From positions 1 through 29,158 of the forward strand of contig JAAFJK010000329.1 of assembly GCA_013298105.1 (NCBI GenBank): DNA of 29,158 nt, written 5' to 3'. Below, one piece after another: positions 1 to 8,900 of the stretch (within the stretch, counting starts at the first letter, position 1; each line of letters begins with the position of its first letter). Source of the DNA: Cytophagales bacterium. Its GTDB lineage: Bacteria; Bacteroidota; Bacteroidia; Cytophagales; Microscillaceae. The notes beneath the pieces are model-generated. The model saw nothing but the letters and a program-made list of their open reading frames with translations. It did not search any database and was not told the DNA's origin. The position numbers and the translations under genes are program-made.

Positions 1-116
1 GTTTTTTCAAAAAGGGGACAAATGGCAAATGCTCCCGTTTTCGTATTTTTTTTGGTTGTCAATCCGCTCGCGGTTGGCAATCCAAAAAAAAAAAATCGCG
101 CTTGTCGCAAATTAAG

Positions 117-154
117 AAAATCGTAATTCGTAAATCTAAAATCGTAATTCGTAA
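117..154 (+). promoter_or_regulatory. Perfect 17-bp direct repeat AAAATCGTAATTCGTAA x2 (117-133 and 138-154, 21-bp period) ending 1 bp before the ATG of the Fe-S oxidoreductase. Candidate operator or response-regulator binding site
   Basis: Read directly from the sequence. A second degenerate repeat GGTTGNCAATCC x2 lies at about 52-91. Confidence 0.35.
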
Positions 155-155
155 C

Positions 156-1490
156 ATGGAATTTATACCTATCATAGCTTTTATCCTTGCCCTTGCCTGC
201 GTGGGCTACTTAGTCAGCAAACGCATCAGGCGTATCAGTGCCAATATCAAACTTGGTAAGCCCTTCGCGCCTGTAGGCAGGCAAGGCGAAAGGCTGAAGA
301 CTATGTTATTGGTGGCTTTTGGACAAGGCAAAATGTTTCATAAGCCCTTGGTGGGTTTGTTGCATTTTGTGATTTATGCGGGTTTTCTGCTCGTCAATGT
401 AGAAGTGCTGGAGATAATCATTGACGGCATTACGGGACAACACCGCATATTTAGCCAATTCTTGCCTACCTCGTTTTACAATTTCTTGATAGGCTTTTTT
501 GAATTTTTGGCAGTCAGTGTCATAGCGGTTTGCGTGATATTCCTTTGGAGGCGCAATATCCAAAAAGTAGCGCGTTTCCAAAAAGCTGAAATCAAAGGCT
601 GGGCGCGTCTTGATGCCAATTTGATACTTGTGTTTGAGATAGTGTTGATGTTTGCTATTTTGACTATGAATGCTACAGACAGCATTTTGCAGGCAAGGCA
701 CGTACACCATTATCCAAATGTAGGCGAAAAGTTTTTATTCAGCCAATTCTTAATCCCTATTTTTCAAGGCATTGAGAACAATACTGTCCTGACAGTCATT
801 GAGCGTACTGCGTGGTGGTTGCATATCTTAGGCATCATGGGATTTGCGTTGTATGTTACATACTCGAAGCATTTGCATATTTTCCTTGCCTTCCCAAATA
901 CCTACTTCTCGAACTTGGAAGCAAAGGGCAAGTTCAAAAATAATGCCATTGTAACACGCGAAGTTAATCTGGCACTTGGACTGATACAAGATGATGGCGT
1001 AGCCTCTGAAGTAACCCGCTTTGGGGCAAAAGATGCCACCGACCTTACATGGAAAAATCTCATGGACGCATACTCTTGTACCGAATGTGGACGTTGTACG
1101 GCTTCTTGTCCCGCGAATTTGACAGGCAAAAAACTCTCTCCACGCAAAGTCATGATGGATACGCGCGACCGCATAGACGAGATAGGACGCTATCTGGAGA
1201 GTGGGAAATCGCTTGCTGACGCACTCGCGGCTGGAAATCCACTCTATTCTGAACAATATACCTCCAAAGAAGAACTCATGGCTTGCACTACTTGCAATGC
1301 GTGTGTAGAGGCTTGTCCTATCAATATCGACCCGCTTAGTATCATTATCCAAATGCGCCAATATATCGCTATGGAAGAATCTGCCACGCCTCCCGCATGG
1401 ACTGCTATGCTCCAAAACATAGAAACGAGTTTTTCTCCTTGGAAATTCGCACCTACAGATAGATTCAACTGGGCAAATGATTTGAAATAG
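156..1490 (+). CDS. Membrane-anchored Fe-S oxidoreductase with two 4Fe-4S ferredoxin-type cysteine motifs (GlpC / heterodisulfide-reductase-like). The upstream ORF extension from 102 is probably not translated
   Basis: Long ORF. Hydrophobic N-terminal segments (MEFIPIIAFILALACVGYLV, FVIYAGFLLVNV, FLAVSVIAVCVIFLW and others). Two CxxCxxCxxxCP motifs (CTECGRCTASCP, CTTCNACVEACP). ATG at 156 sits directly after a 17-bp direct repeat. Confidence 0.7.
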   Translation: MEFIPIIAFILALACVGYLVSKRIRRISANIKLGKPFAPVGRQGERLKTMLLVAFGQGKMFHKPLVGLLHFVIYAGFLLVNVEVLEIIIDGITGQHRIFSQFLPTSFYNFLIGFFEFLAVSVIAVCVIFLWRRNIQKVARFQKAEIKGWARLDANLILVFEIVLMFAILTMNATDSILQARHVHHYPNVGEKFLFSQFLIPIFQGIENNTVLTVIERTAWWLHILGIMGFALYVTYSKHLHIFLAFPNTYFSNLEAKGKFKNNAIVTREVNLALGLIQDDGVASEVTRFGAKDATDLTWKNLMDAYSCTECGRCTASCPANLTGKKLSPRKVMMDTRDRIDEIGRYLESGKSLADALAAGNPLYSEQYTSKEELMACTTCNACVEACPINIDPLSIIIQMRQYIAMEESATPPAWTAMLQNIETSFSPWKFAPTDRFNWANDLK

Positions 1491-1531
1491 CAGTTGGGCA
1501 GGCAAGGTATTTCCCTTGCCTGCCCAACTGC
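1490..1531. terminator. Perfect 18-bp-stem palindrome GCAGTTGGGCAGGCAAGG-tatttc-CCTTGCCTGCCCAACTGC starting at the stop codon of the Fe-S oxidoreductase
   Basis: Inverted repeat read from the sequence. It contains the genome-wide GGCAGGCAAGG motif. Confidence 0.6.
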
Positions 1532-1536
1532 TATGC

Positions 1537-1570
1537 GGGTAGGCAAGGAAGTTACAAACCTTGCCTACCC
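1537..1570. terminator. Second hairpin GGGTAGGCAAGG-aagttacaaa-CCTTGCCTACCC
   Basis: 12-bp perfect inverted repeat built from the T-variant of the same motif. Confidence 0.5.
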
Positions 1571-1586
1571 AACAAAACAAAGACCG

Positions 1587-1629
1587 CTTATTTTCTACGT
1601 TGTCCATGGTAGAAAATAAGTTTTTTTTT
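1587..1629 (+). terminator. Rho-independent terminator CTTATTTTCTAC-loop-GTAGAAAATAAG followed by T9
   Basis: 12-bp stem plus a poly-T tract. Confidence 0.6.
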
Positions 1630-1728
1630 GTTTATTGTAACCTTTTTTTTTGAAATACGTACAACCCCATGAAAAGTTACGCTTTTTTAAAAAATCATAC
1701 ATCAGAAATAAAAAACAAAACATTGAAA

Positions 1729-2400
1729 ATGAAACTTTTACTACTACTTACTTTTTTCACGCTGTTTTCTATAGAAGCTACCGCACAAAAGAAAACAAAC
1801 AAAAAAACCGAAAAAGAACCCAAAGAGCCTAAAGAGCCTAAACTTACCAAAGCCGAAAAAAAAGAATACAGGCGCAAAGCCGAAGAACTCCGCAAAGAGT
1901 TCAAAGCACAATACGGCAAAGACCCTGAAAAATTCAAAGAATTTAAAAAAAATAATGCAGAAGTAAAAAAAGAAGCCGCCAAATTAGATGCAGAAGTTAC
2001 AAAACTTAAGCAAAACGAAGGCACACAAAAAGAACAGGTGGAGAGCCTCAAGCAAATGAACGCAGAAGACGAAGCCAAAATATTACAGCTTCAAGAAGCT
2101 ATTAACAAGAAAAAACAGGCTTCAGGAGGTGCTATAAATAAGACAGACCTTACCTTGCCTACTTCTGGCACTTTTTATGCAGTACACATAGGCGAAACAA
2201 ACCCCGAAATGCTTACCAAGATTTTGGAGAATGGATTGGGTGAAATACGCAACACGCAAGATACCACAGGACATAACTTTTATGTATTGGGACTTTTTCC
2301 CAATGCACAAGCCGCACAAGCCCTTAAGCAAAAAATCATGGCTATGGGGATTCGCCAAGCCAATGTCGTAACTATCAAAGACGGAAAACTCAATCGCTAA
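1729..2400 (+). CDS. Secreted SPOR-domain protein with a K/E-rich coiled-coil linker
   Basis: Signal peptide MKLLLLLTFFTLFSIEATAQ. Lys/Glu-rich low-complexity middle. C-terminal FYAVHIGETNPEMLTKILENGLGEIRNTQDTTGHNFYVLGLFPNAQAAQALKQKIMAMGI resembles SPOR peptidoglycan-binding repeats. Start chosen at the second in-frame ATG (1729) that begins the signal peptide. Confidence 0.6.
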   Translation: MKLLLLLTFFTLFSIEATAQKKTNKKTEKEPKEPKEPKLTKAEKKEYRRKAEELRKEFKAQYGKDPEKFKEFKKNNAEVKKEAAKLDAEVTKLKQNEGTQKEQVESLKQMNAEDEAKILQLQEAINKKKQASGGAINKTDLTLPTSGTFYAVHIGETNPEMLTKILENGLGEIRNTQDTTGHNFYVLGLFPNAQAAQALKQKIMAMGIRQANVVTIKDGKLNR

Positions 2401-2414
2401 ATCAAAAACAGAAA

Positions 2415-3365
2415 ATGAAAAAAATAATATTACTTGTTACTATAGCTTGTTTGTTTTCACTTACAGCTACCGCACAACGAAGGTACTCGGCACGCTATAA
2501 TTACACCACAGTTGGCTTCAACGTAGGTACATTCAACTACATGGGCGACTTAAACCCAAAAACAACCAGAACAAGTATCGCTCTCGACAGGACTTCTTGG
2601 GGCATAGGCGCAGACATTACCTTCAAAGTAGCAAAAAACATCAGATTGCGCTCTATACTCTATTATGGTCGCATCAAAGGGGACGACAGGTCTGCCGCAG
2701 ACCCCAATGACGACAAAGCTATATTCAGGTATGCCCGAAACTTGCATTTCCGAAATGCACTGATAGAATTGGGCGAACACATCATCTATGACTTCAGACC
2801 AGGCAAAGGCAGATTTTATCGCAGAGCCATGGTAGTACCCTACATATTTACGGGCATATCAGTCGTTTATAGCAATCCAAAAGCCCGCACCCCCGAAGAT
2901 TTGGGAAATAAATGGGTAGCATTGCGTCCACTCCATACCGAAAACCAAAAATATGGACCATTTACTATCGCTATCCCTATGGGCGGAGGTGTACGATTCA
3001 AAGTAAGCGACAGGCTTGATGTGGCTTTGGAGGCTTCTATGCGCTATACTTTCTCAGACCACTTAGATGATGTAAGTGGCAATTATGCCAATATAGATGA
3101 ACTTGGTAGCGATTTAGCCAAAAGAATGTATAACAGAACCGCAGAGCTTACTTCTCGCTTCAACAACAAAGAACGCGATATGGCAAGGGTTACGGCTGTT
3201 TTGGGAGGAATATCCAACGAAAACGGATATAATAGACTTACGGGCATGGGCATGGCTGGCGATACGCGCGGATTGTCCAAAGACAAAGACGTTTTCTTGT
3301 CTGTAAATGTTCACGTCAATTACGTCATTGGTATCCAACGATACAGACCAAGAAGCAGAAAATAA
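2415..3365 (+). CDS. Outer-membrane beta-barrel protein (porin-like, unknown family)
   Basis: Signal peptide MKKIILLVTIACLFSLTATAQ. Alternating hydrophobic and aromatic beta-strand-like segments. Ends ...YRPRSRK. Confidence 0.5.
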   Translation: MKKIILLVTIACLFSLTATAQRRYSARYNYTTVGFNVGTFNYMGDLNPKTTRTSIALDRTSWGIGADITFKVAKNIRLRSILYYGRIKGDDRSAADPNDDKAIFRYARNLHFRNALIELGEHIIYDFRPGKGRFYRRAMVVPYIFTGISVVYSNPKARTPEDLGNKWVALRPLHTENQKYGPFTIAIPMGGGVRFKVSDRLDVALEASMRYTFSDHLDDVSGNYANIDELGSDLAKRMYNRTAELTSRFNNKERDMARVTAVLGGISNENGYNRLTGMGMAGDTRGLSKDKDVFLSVNVHVNYVIGIQRYRPRSRK

Positions 3366-3389
3366 TATACAATCTAAATATTTTTCAAA

Positions 3390-4076
3390 ATGAAAACATT
3401 GCTATCCATCATCTTATTGGCTTCTTTTTTTTTAATCATCCCTGATGCAAATGCCCAAAAAGGAAAAGATAAAAAAAAGAAAGAAACCAAGAAAAAAAGC
3501 TCCTCTGATAAAAATGCTTCGCGCGAACTAAAGTATGAGATGCAAGAATATTATTATGACATCGAAAAATACGAACGTACACGCAACGAAGTCGCAGCAG
3601 CCAAAAAAACAGCCGATTCTCTCAGCAAAATAGCCATAGAATTGCGTAAAAAAGAAGCCGAAAGCAACGAAGCCATGCAAAAAGTCCATGACGAACGTGA
3701 GAAAAATCAAGAAACTATCCGAAAACTTGAAGAAGAACTCAAGGCATCAGCAGAACAAAAAGCTGTCCCAGAAGAGGGTACTTTCTTTAGCATACAGATA
3801 GGCGCGTTCAATCAAGGGGCTTTACACGAAATATTTGGAAAAAGTGCCGTAGAAATGAAAGTAGAAACAGACGCTACAGGCATCAAAAAATACATGATTG
3901 GAGGCTACAAAGTCTATGAAGAAGCCGCCGCCGCCCGCAAAAAATTACGCGAAATGGGTGCGAAAGACGCTTGGATTGTAGCTTACAAAAACGGTTCGCG
4001 TGTACCTATGACTGATGTACGCACTACACCCATACCCGAAGACGAGCTTAAACAGCTTGAAGGCACCAAAAAATAA
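3390..4076 (+). CDS. Secreted SPOR-domain protein, paralog of 1729-2400
   Basis: Signal peptide MKTLLSIILLASFFLIIPDANAQ. K/E-rich coiled coil. C-terminal FFSIQIGAFNQGALHEIFGKSAVEMKVETDATGIKKYMIGGYKVYEEAAAARKKLREMGAKDAWIVAY is a classic SPOR-like motif. Confidence 0.65.
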   Translation: MKTLLSIILLASFFLIIPDANAQKGKDKKKKETKKKSSSDKNASRELKYEMQEYYYDIEKYERTRNEVAAAKKTADSLSKIAIELRKKEAESNEAMQKVHDEREKNQETIRKLEEELKASAEQKAVPEEGTFFSIQIGAFNQGALHEIFGKSAVEMKVETDATGIKKYMIGGYKVYEEAAAARKKLREMGAKDAWIVAYKNGSRVPMTDVRTTPIPEDELKQLEGTKK

Positions 4077-4081
4077 TCATC

Positions 4082-4105
4082 AAAGCCCTCCAAGGGCTTT
4101 TTTCA
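4082..4105 (+). terminator. Rho-independent terminator AAGCCC-tccaa-GGGCTT followed by TTTTT
   Basis: Stem-loop plus T-run immediately after the SPOR gene stop. Confidence 0.6.
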
Positions 4106-4177
4106 ATTCAGATACATTTTGTTTTTTGGCAGGCAAGTTGCAGTTTTAAAGAAATTTAAGTTTTTAAAAAGCACAAT

Positions 4178-4327
4178 AATAAGGAACGAGTAAAAAATAA
4201 CTTGAGAATATTTAGCCACGCTGTAAGCGTCTGTTATCGAGCTTTTACGCGGTTAGGCAATACCAACAGACGCTTACAGCGTGGCTTCGCGTGAGTGAAA
4301 TTATCATGTTATTTTATTTTCATTCCT
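4178..4327 (+). mobile_element. 150-bp MITE-like element, copy 1. Imperfect ~20-bp terminal inverted repeats (AGGAACGAGTAAAAAATAAC ... GTTATTTTATTTTCATTCCT) and an internal perfect 20-bp-stem hairpin (4216-4235 and 4265-4284)
   Basis: 147/150 identity to 5689-5838. TIR and hairpin read from the sequence. Confidence 0.6.
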
Positions 4328-4376
4328 AATAACTTCATTTTCAAATATTTACAAACAAAAATCGTAAATCTTTCTT

Positions 4377-5648
4377 GTGGATACAAACACACCAGAGAAA
4401 AAAAATAGAGGAAAAGGCATAGGACATGAGATATATCCTATGCGCGTAGTGGGCTACCTTGTGCTTTGCATTGAGTTATGGCTTGCTATGCGCATACAGC
4501 CTCCTAAGATACACTTCATCTACATAGCTTGGATAGTGTTCTTTTTTTTATATCCACACCTCATTTTTCAGATTTATCGCTATTTCAAAGCCCGCAATGA
4601 CATCGAGCGAGCTTGGCTTGTCTTAGATTTATTTTGGATAGGGATAGTAGTTGTGATGATTTCGTTTTCGCTGATGCCTACTATGGCACTGATAGTCTAT
4701 AGTACCGCTACTTGCATAGGCATAGGAGGCGTATCTATGTGGCTGAAAGGGCTGGCTACTTTGGGAGTTTCGCAACTTTTGATGTGGTTTTTTTGGGGAA
4801 ACTTTTATGTTACAAGCAATCCAAGCGTGTGGTCAAATATCATAGGCTTCATGTATATGTTTATCGGCTTCAATGCCTACAATTTTGCTTACTATAGGCG
4901 AAGCATTGCTTTCAAAAAAATCCGTATGCAGATAGAAAAGCAAAAAGCCGAGATAGCCGAACAGAAAGAAGAAATAGAATCTACACTTGGCTTAGTAGAA
5001 ATAGAACGCCAAAAATCAGACGAACTTTTGCTGAATATTTTGCCCAAAAGTATCGCTCAAGAGCTAAAAAACTATGGCTTTGCCACGCCCAAACGATTCA
5101 ATAAAGCCACCGTACTGTTTACAGACTTCAAAGGATTTACGCAAATCGTTTCAAAAATGGAGCCAGAGCAAGTCTTGGACAATCTAAACTACTGCTTTAC
5201 GGCTTTTGATAAAATTATTCGCAAATACAATCTTGAAAAAATCAAAACCATTGGTGATGCCTATATGTGTGTAGGTGGCTTGCCTACCGAAGACGAAAAC
5301 AATCCAATACGTGCTGTAGAAGCGGCTTTGGAAATACTTGCTTTTATGAAAGATTGGAAAGCAAAAAAAATCAAATCAGGCAAGGAAGTTTGGGATATAC
5401 GGCTTGGTATTCACACAGGTACAGTGATAGCGGGTGTAGTAGGTCAATACAAATTTGCGTATGATATATGGGGCGATACTGTAAATGTTGCCTCTCGTAT
5501 GGAGAGTAGCGGAGAGGCAGGCAAGGTAAATATCTCTGGCACGACTTACGAACTTGTGAAGCACCAATTTATGTGTACTTACAGGGGGGCTATCCAAGCT
5601 AAAAATAAAGGCGAAGTGGAAATGTATTTTGTGGAGAACAAAATTTAA
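4377..5648 (+). CDS. Membrane-anchored class III adenylate/guanylate cyclase
   Basis: N-terminal TM helices, then a cyclase catalytic domain (TVLFTDFKGFT, KTIGDAYMCVGGLP, IRLGIHTGTVIAGVVG, YDIWGDTVNVASRMES). The ORF as given starts on GTG at 4377. An in-frame ATG at 4440 (MRVVGYLV...) is an alternative start. Confidence 0.8.
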   Translation: MDTNTPEKKNRGKGIGHEIYPMRVVGYLVLCIELWLAMRIQPPKIHFIYIAWIVFFFLYPHLIFQIYRYFKARNDIERAWLVLDLFWIGIVVVMISFSLMPTMALIVYSTATCIGIGGVSMWLKGLATLGVSQLLMWFFWGNFYVTSNPSVWSNIIGFMYMFIGFNAYNFAYYRRSIAFKKIRMQIEKQKAEIAEQKEEIESTLGLVEIERQKSDELLLNILPKSIAQELKNYGFATPKRFNKATVLFTDFKGFTQIVSKMEPEQVLDNLNYCFTAFDKIIRKYNLEKIKTIGDAYMCVGGLPTEDENNPIRAVEAALEILAFMKDWKAKKIKSGKEVWDIRLGIHTGTVIAGVVGQYKFAYDIWGDTVNVASRMESSGEAGKVNISGTTYELVKHQFMCTYRGAIQAKNKGEVEMYFVENKI

Positions 5649-5688
5649 CATTGAGCAAAGGAAAAGTAAGGATTCTTCGAAAGTTTTG

Positions 5689-5838
5689 GATAAGGAACGA
5701 GTAAAAAATAACTTGAGAATATTTAGCCACGTTGTAAGCGTCTGTTATCGAGCTTTTACGTGGTTAGGCAATACCAACAGACGCTTACAGCGTAGCTTCG
5801 CGTGAGTGAAATTATCATGTTATTTTATTTTCATTCCT
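5689..5838 (+). mobile_element. 150-bp MITE-like element, copy 2, in the same orientation as copy 1
   Basis: 3 mismatches to copy 1. In an RNA, one stem mismatch would be a G-U wobble. Confidence 0.6.
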
Positions 5839-5900
5839 TAGTATAAGCGCGGTGCTAAAGTGGCAAACATTCGAAGAACCAAAACTTCTTAAAACAGCCA

Positions 5901-8900
5901 CTACTCCACACTCGGCAATTCAATAAAGAAAGTTGTACCCATATCTTCTTCAGTTTCGAACCAAATGCGCCCGCCTGCGTGTTCTACTGCCCGTTTGGAG
6001 AGTACCAAACCAATCCCCGAACCGCTCGACTTAGTCGTAAAACTTGGCGAAAACATCTTTTCGCGTATGTCTTCAGGTATGCCTGCGCCATTGTCTTGGA
6101 TAGCAATTTGTACCAATCCTTCGCTGTCTTGCGTGAGGGTAGTTTGTATCTGTGGTAGCCTGCCTTCAGGAATAGCCTCGAGCGCGTTTTTGATAAGATT
6201 AATAAATACACGCCCCAACAGTTTGCGGTCTGCATTGACATAGCAAGGCTTGGTAGGCATCATAAAAATTAAATTGCCTTCTGTTTCGGTATAAAGATTT
6301 TCTGTTTCTGCCAAAAGCGCGACCATATCAAACTTTTCCATAACAGGAATGGGCATTTTGGCATACGCCGAGAAAGAAGTCGCAATACCATCAAGCACTT
6401 CTATTTTTTCTAAAAGCGTGTCCATGTAACGCTTAAAAAGCTCTTGCACATCTTCTCCAAAGCTCTCCAAACGCCTTTGCATCATCTGCACGCCCAACTT
6501 CATGGGCATGAGCGGATTTTTGATTTCGTGGGCTACTTGCTGTGCCATTTCGCGCCAAGCATTCTCGCGTTGTGCCTCGATGAGTTTTTGCCTACTCTCG
6601 TCGAGGGTTTGTATCATTTTGTTGTATTCTTGTACGAATAGCCCGATTTCGTCTTTTACTTTCCACTCAAGCGGTTGATTTTGAAGCGATTGCTCATAGT
6701 CGGTGTAGGCGGTTTTGCGGACTTGCTGAGTGATGAGGCGCAAAGGCAAGGTAAGCAAACGCGAAGCAAAAAACGAAATAGCTACCAAAACTATGAACGA
6801 ACTTGAGAAAATATTGACCATCAGCGCCAGTAGCTCCATTTGCTTTTTGTTGATTTCATATTGTGCTTCAAAGAAAGGTATGCCCACTATCCCCAGCAGT
6901 TGGCGCGTATCGCCTTCATAGTTGCGGAGGGGCAGGTAAGTCGTACTAAACTCGAGCTTGCCTACCGATTCGGGCAAAATGGCATACCGATTTTTGCGCT
7001 TGCCTACCAACTCGATGGCTTGTGGATTGATGTAAGGCGCAAGCAAGTTTGCTTTTTCATAAATCGCAGGCTGGCTACTTGTGATGAGCAAACCGCCTCC
7101 ATCAAAAAGGCTAATGTCTGTGCCTGTATGTCGTGCTATGTCAAGAAGTTGTTTGTCAAACTCATCACGAGTGATGTCGCCACTTCGGAGCTTCAGCATT
7201 TGGGGCTGGAGGCTGAGGGCTACAGTTTCGCCTTTTCTAAAGTAGTTATTCTCCAAATCTTGTTGATAGTTTGCACGCATGACGTTCAGCGTTACGAGGC
7301 TGACCACAAAAAGCGGCAGGAAAAAAGCTACATTCAGGTAGATTTGTATGCGTGTAGCAAAGGTAGCGTGTACGCCATAACGACCTTTATAGACGCTGTA
7401 TATCAGTACACCCAAAAGAATGCACAATATCAAAAGCAAAAAGAAAAACGAAAAATTCGAGAAAATATCCCAAAACGCATACGTAGGCGCAGACACGATA
7501 ACGCGCTTTTTGAACCCGCCCGTTACTGCCAAATGCTCTATGCCTTGCTTTACAAAACCTTGCCTGAAGATGGCATCATCAACGAACCAACTTGTCCGAA
7601 AGTCTTTTTCATAATTGAACTCTCCCTTCGAATAGACAAGGGCTTGGTCATCATAAACGGCATAACTGTAGTGCTTTGCAAGAGGCGAAAGCGCGTAATT
7701 TTTGCCCAAAAGTAGCTCAGGATATACATTTTGGGGCTGTCCATCTATGATGCGTTGCTCAAGGTCTATCACGATTTGGGCGGTTTGCTCCTTGCCTACC
7801 GACATCTGCACAAAGGCAAGATAGCGTTTACTGCTGTTTACGCCCGCTTTGTTGATGAATTTGATGGCGGGATTGTCGGTATCGTAGTAAATTTTTGCAA
7901 ATTCTTTGCTCAAGGTTTCTATGCGCATTTGGGCATCGCCTGTAGTATAGCGCGGGAGTGAATCATTCACGCCATAAAAGTACAATTTGATGTCATAATT
8001 GGAGAAATAATTGCCCAAATATTGCTTTATAATCCTTGAACCTTGTCCCAAAGTAGGCGTTGTTTCTGTATTTTTTGAGGCAGGGGGCTTGAGGAAATTT
8101 ATAAACTCTGTATTGGTTTTGATTTGGGTAATGGCTTCGCCCAGTTGCTGTTCGGCTATAGCATCATTTTCGGGCAGTAGCATATTGCCGAAGGCGCGTT
8201 TATCTGCGAGGCTACTTTTTGCCCCAAAGCTATAAATGCTATACGTACTGACTGTAGAGGCAAGCAACGCTCCAAAAAACAAATAAATTGAGGTCGCATA
8301 TCTGAATCTTGCCAAAGCGCGAGGCAGGCGCGTAACATATATCGTGAGTAGGTAGGCAAGGTGAAAGACCATGAGCCATATACTGCTGACTTTCAACAGC
8401 CACGCACTTATCCCAAAAATCACACTTGCCACCAAAATAACTATGGCTTGGGTAGGCAAGGTAGGGGGCGCAAACTGCATACAAATCCGCGTAAAAGTAT
8501 GCAATACAAAGAAATAAAACCCCGAAAGTGCTACAAACATCACAAAACCAAAACCATTCAAGGCAGTCCACTCAAGCGTATTGGCTATTGCCAAACGCTG
8601 TTCGGGGTGCAGGAATATAGAGCCAAGCGCATTGTAATAAATCAGCGTTACCCAAAAAGTAAGAAAAACCAAAAAGCCCATCAAAAAAACGCGCCCAGCC
8701 TGCCCCACACCCAACAGCAATTTATAGGATTGCGAATAAGGGTAACTTCTCAAAAAATACATCAAAACGCCCCCAAGTACCAGCATATTCAGCGCGAGGT
8801 CGCCCAGCGAAGGCGTAAAACGCGAAGCTGGATAAAGGGCGCGATTGAACAAATCCCAGCCTGTCCACTCAAAAGGAAAAACAGCATAAATCATCAAAAA

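Noticed and set aside
83-94. A12 homopolymer as a phase-variation tract
   Set aside because: It is intergenic, not within or immediately upstream (-10/-35 spacer) of a recognisable promoter or ORF. Nothing supports this beyond its length.
102-155. N-terminal 18-codon extension of the Fe-S oxidoreductase ORF
   Set aside because: It would be translated straight through the 17-bp direct-repeat element. The ATG at 156 gives a protein starting directly with the first TM helix.
828-1607. 259-aa minus-strand ORF (and 902-1174, 1244-1546) overlapping the Fe-S oxidoreductase gene
   Set aside because: Entirely antisense to a gene with clear Fe-S motifs, and no features of its own. Typical spurious ORF.
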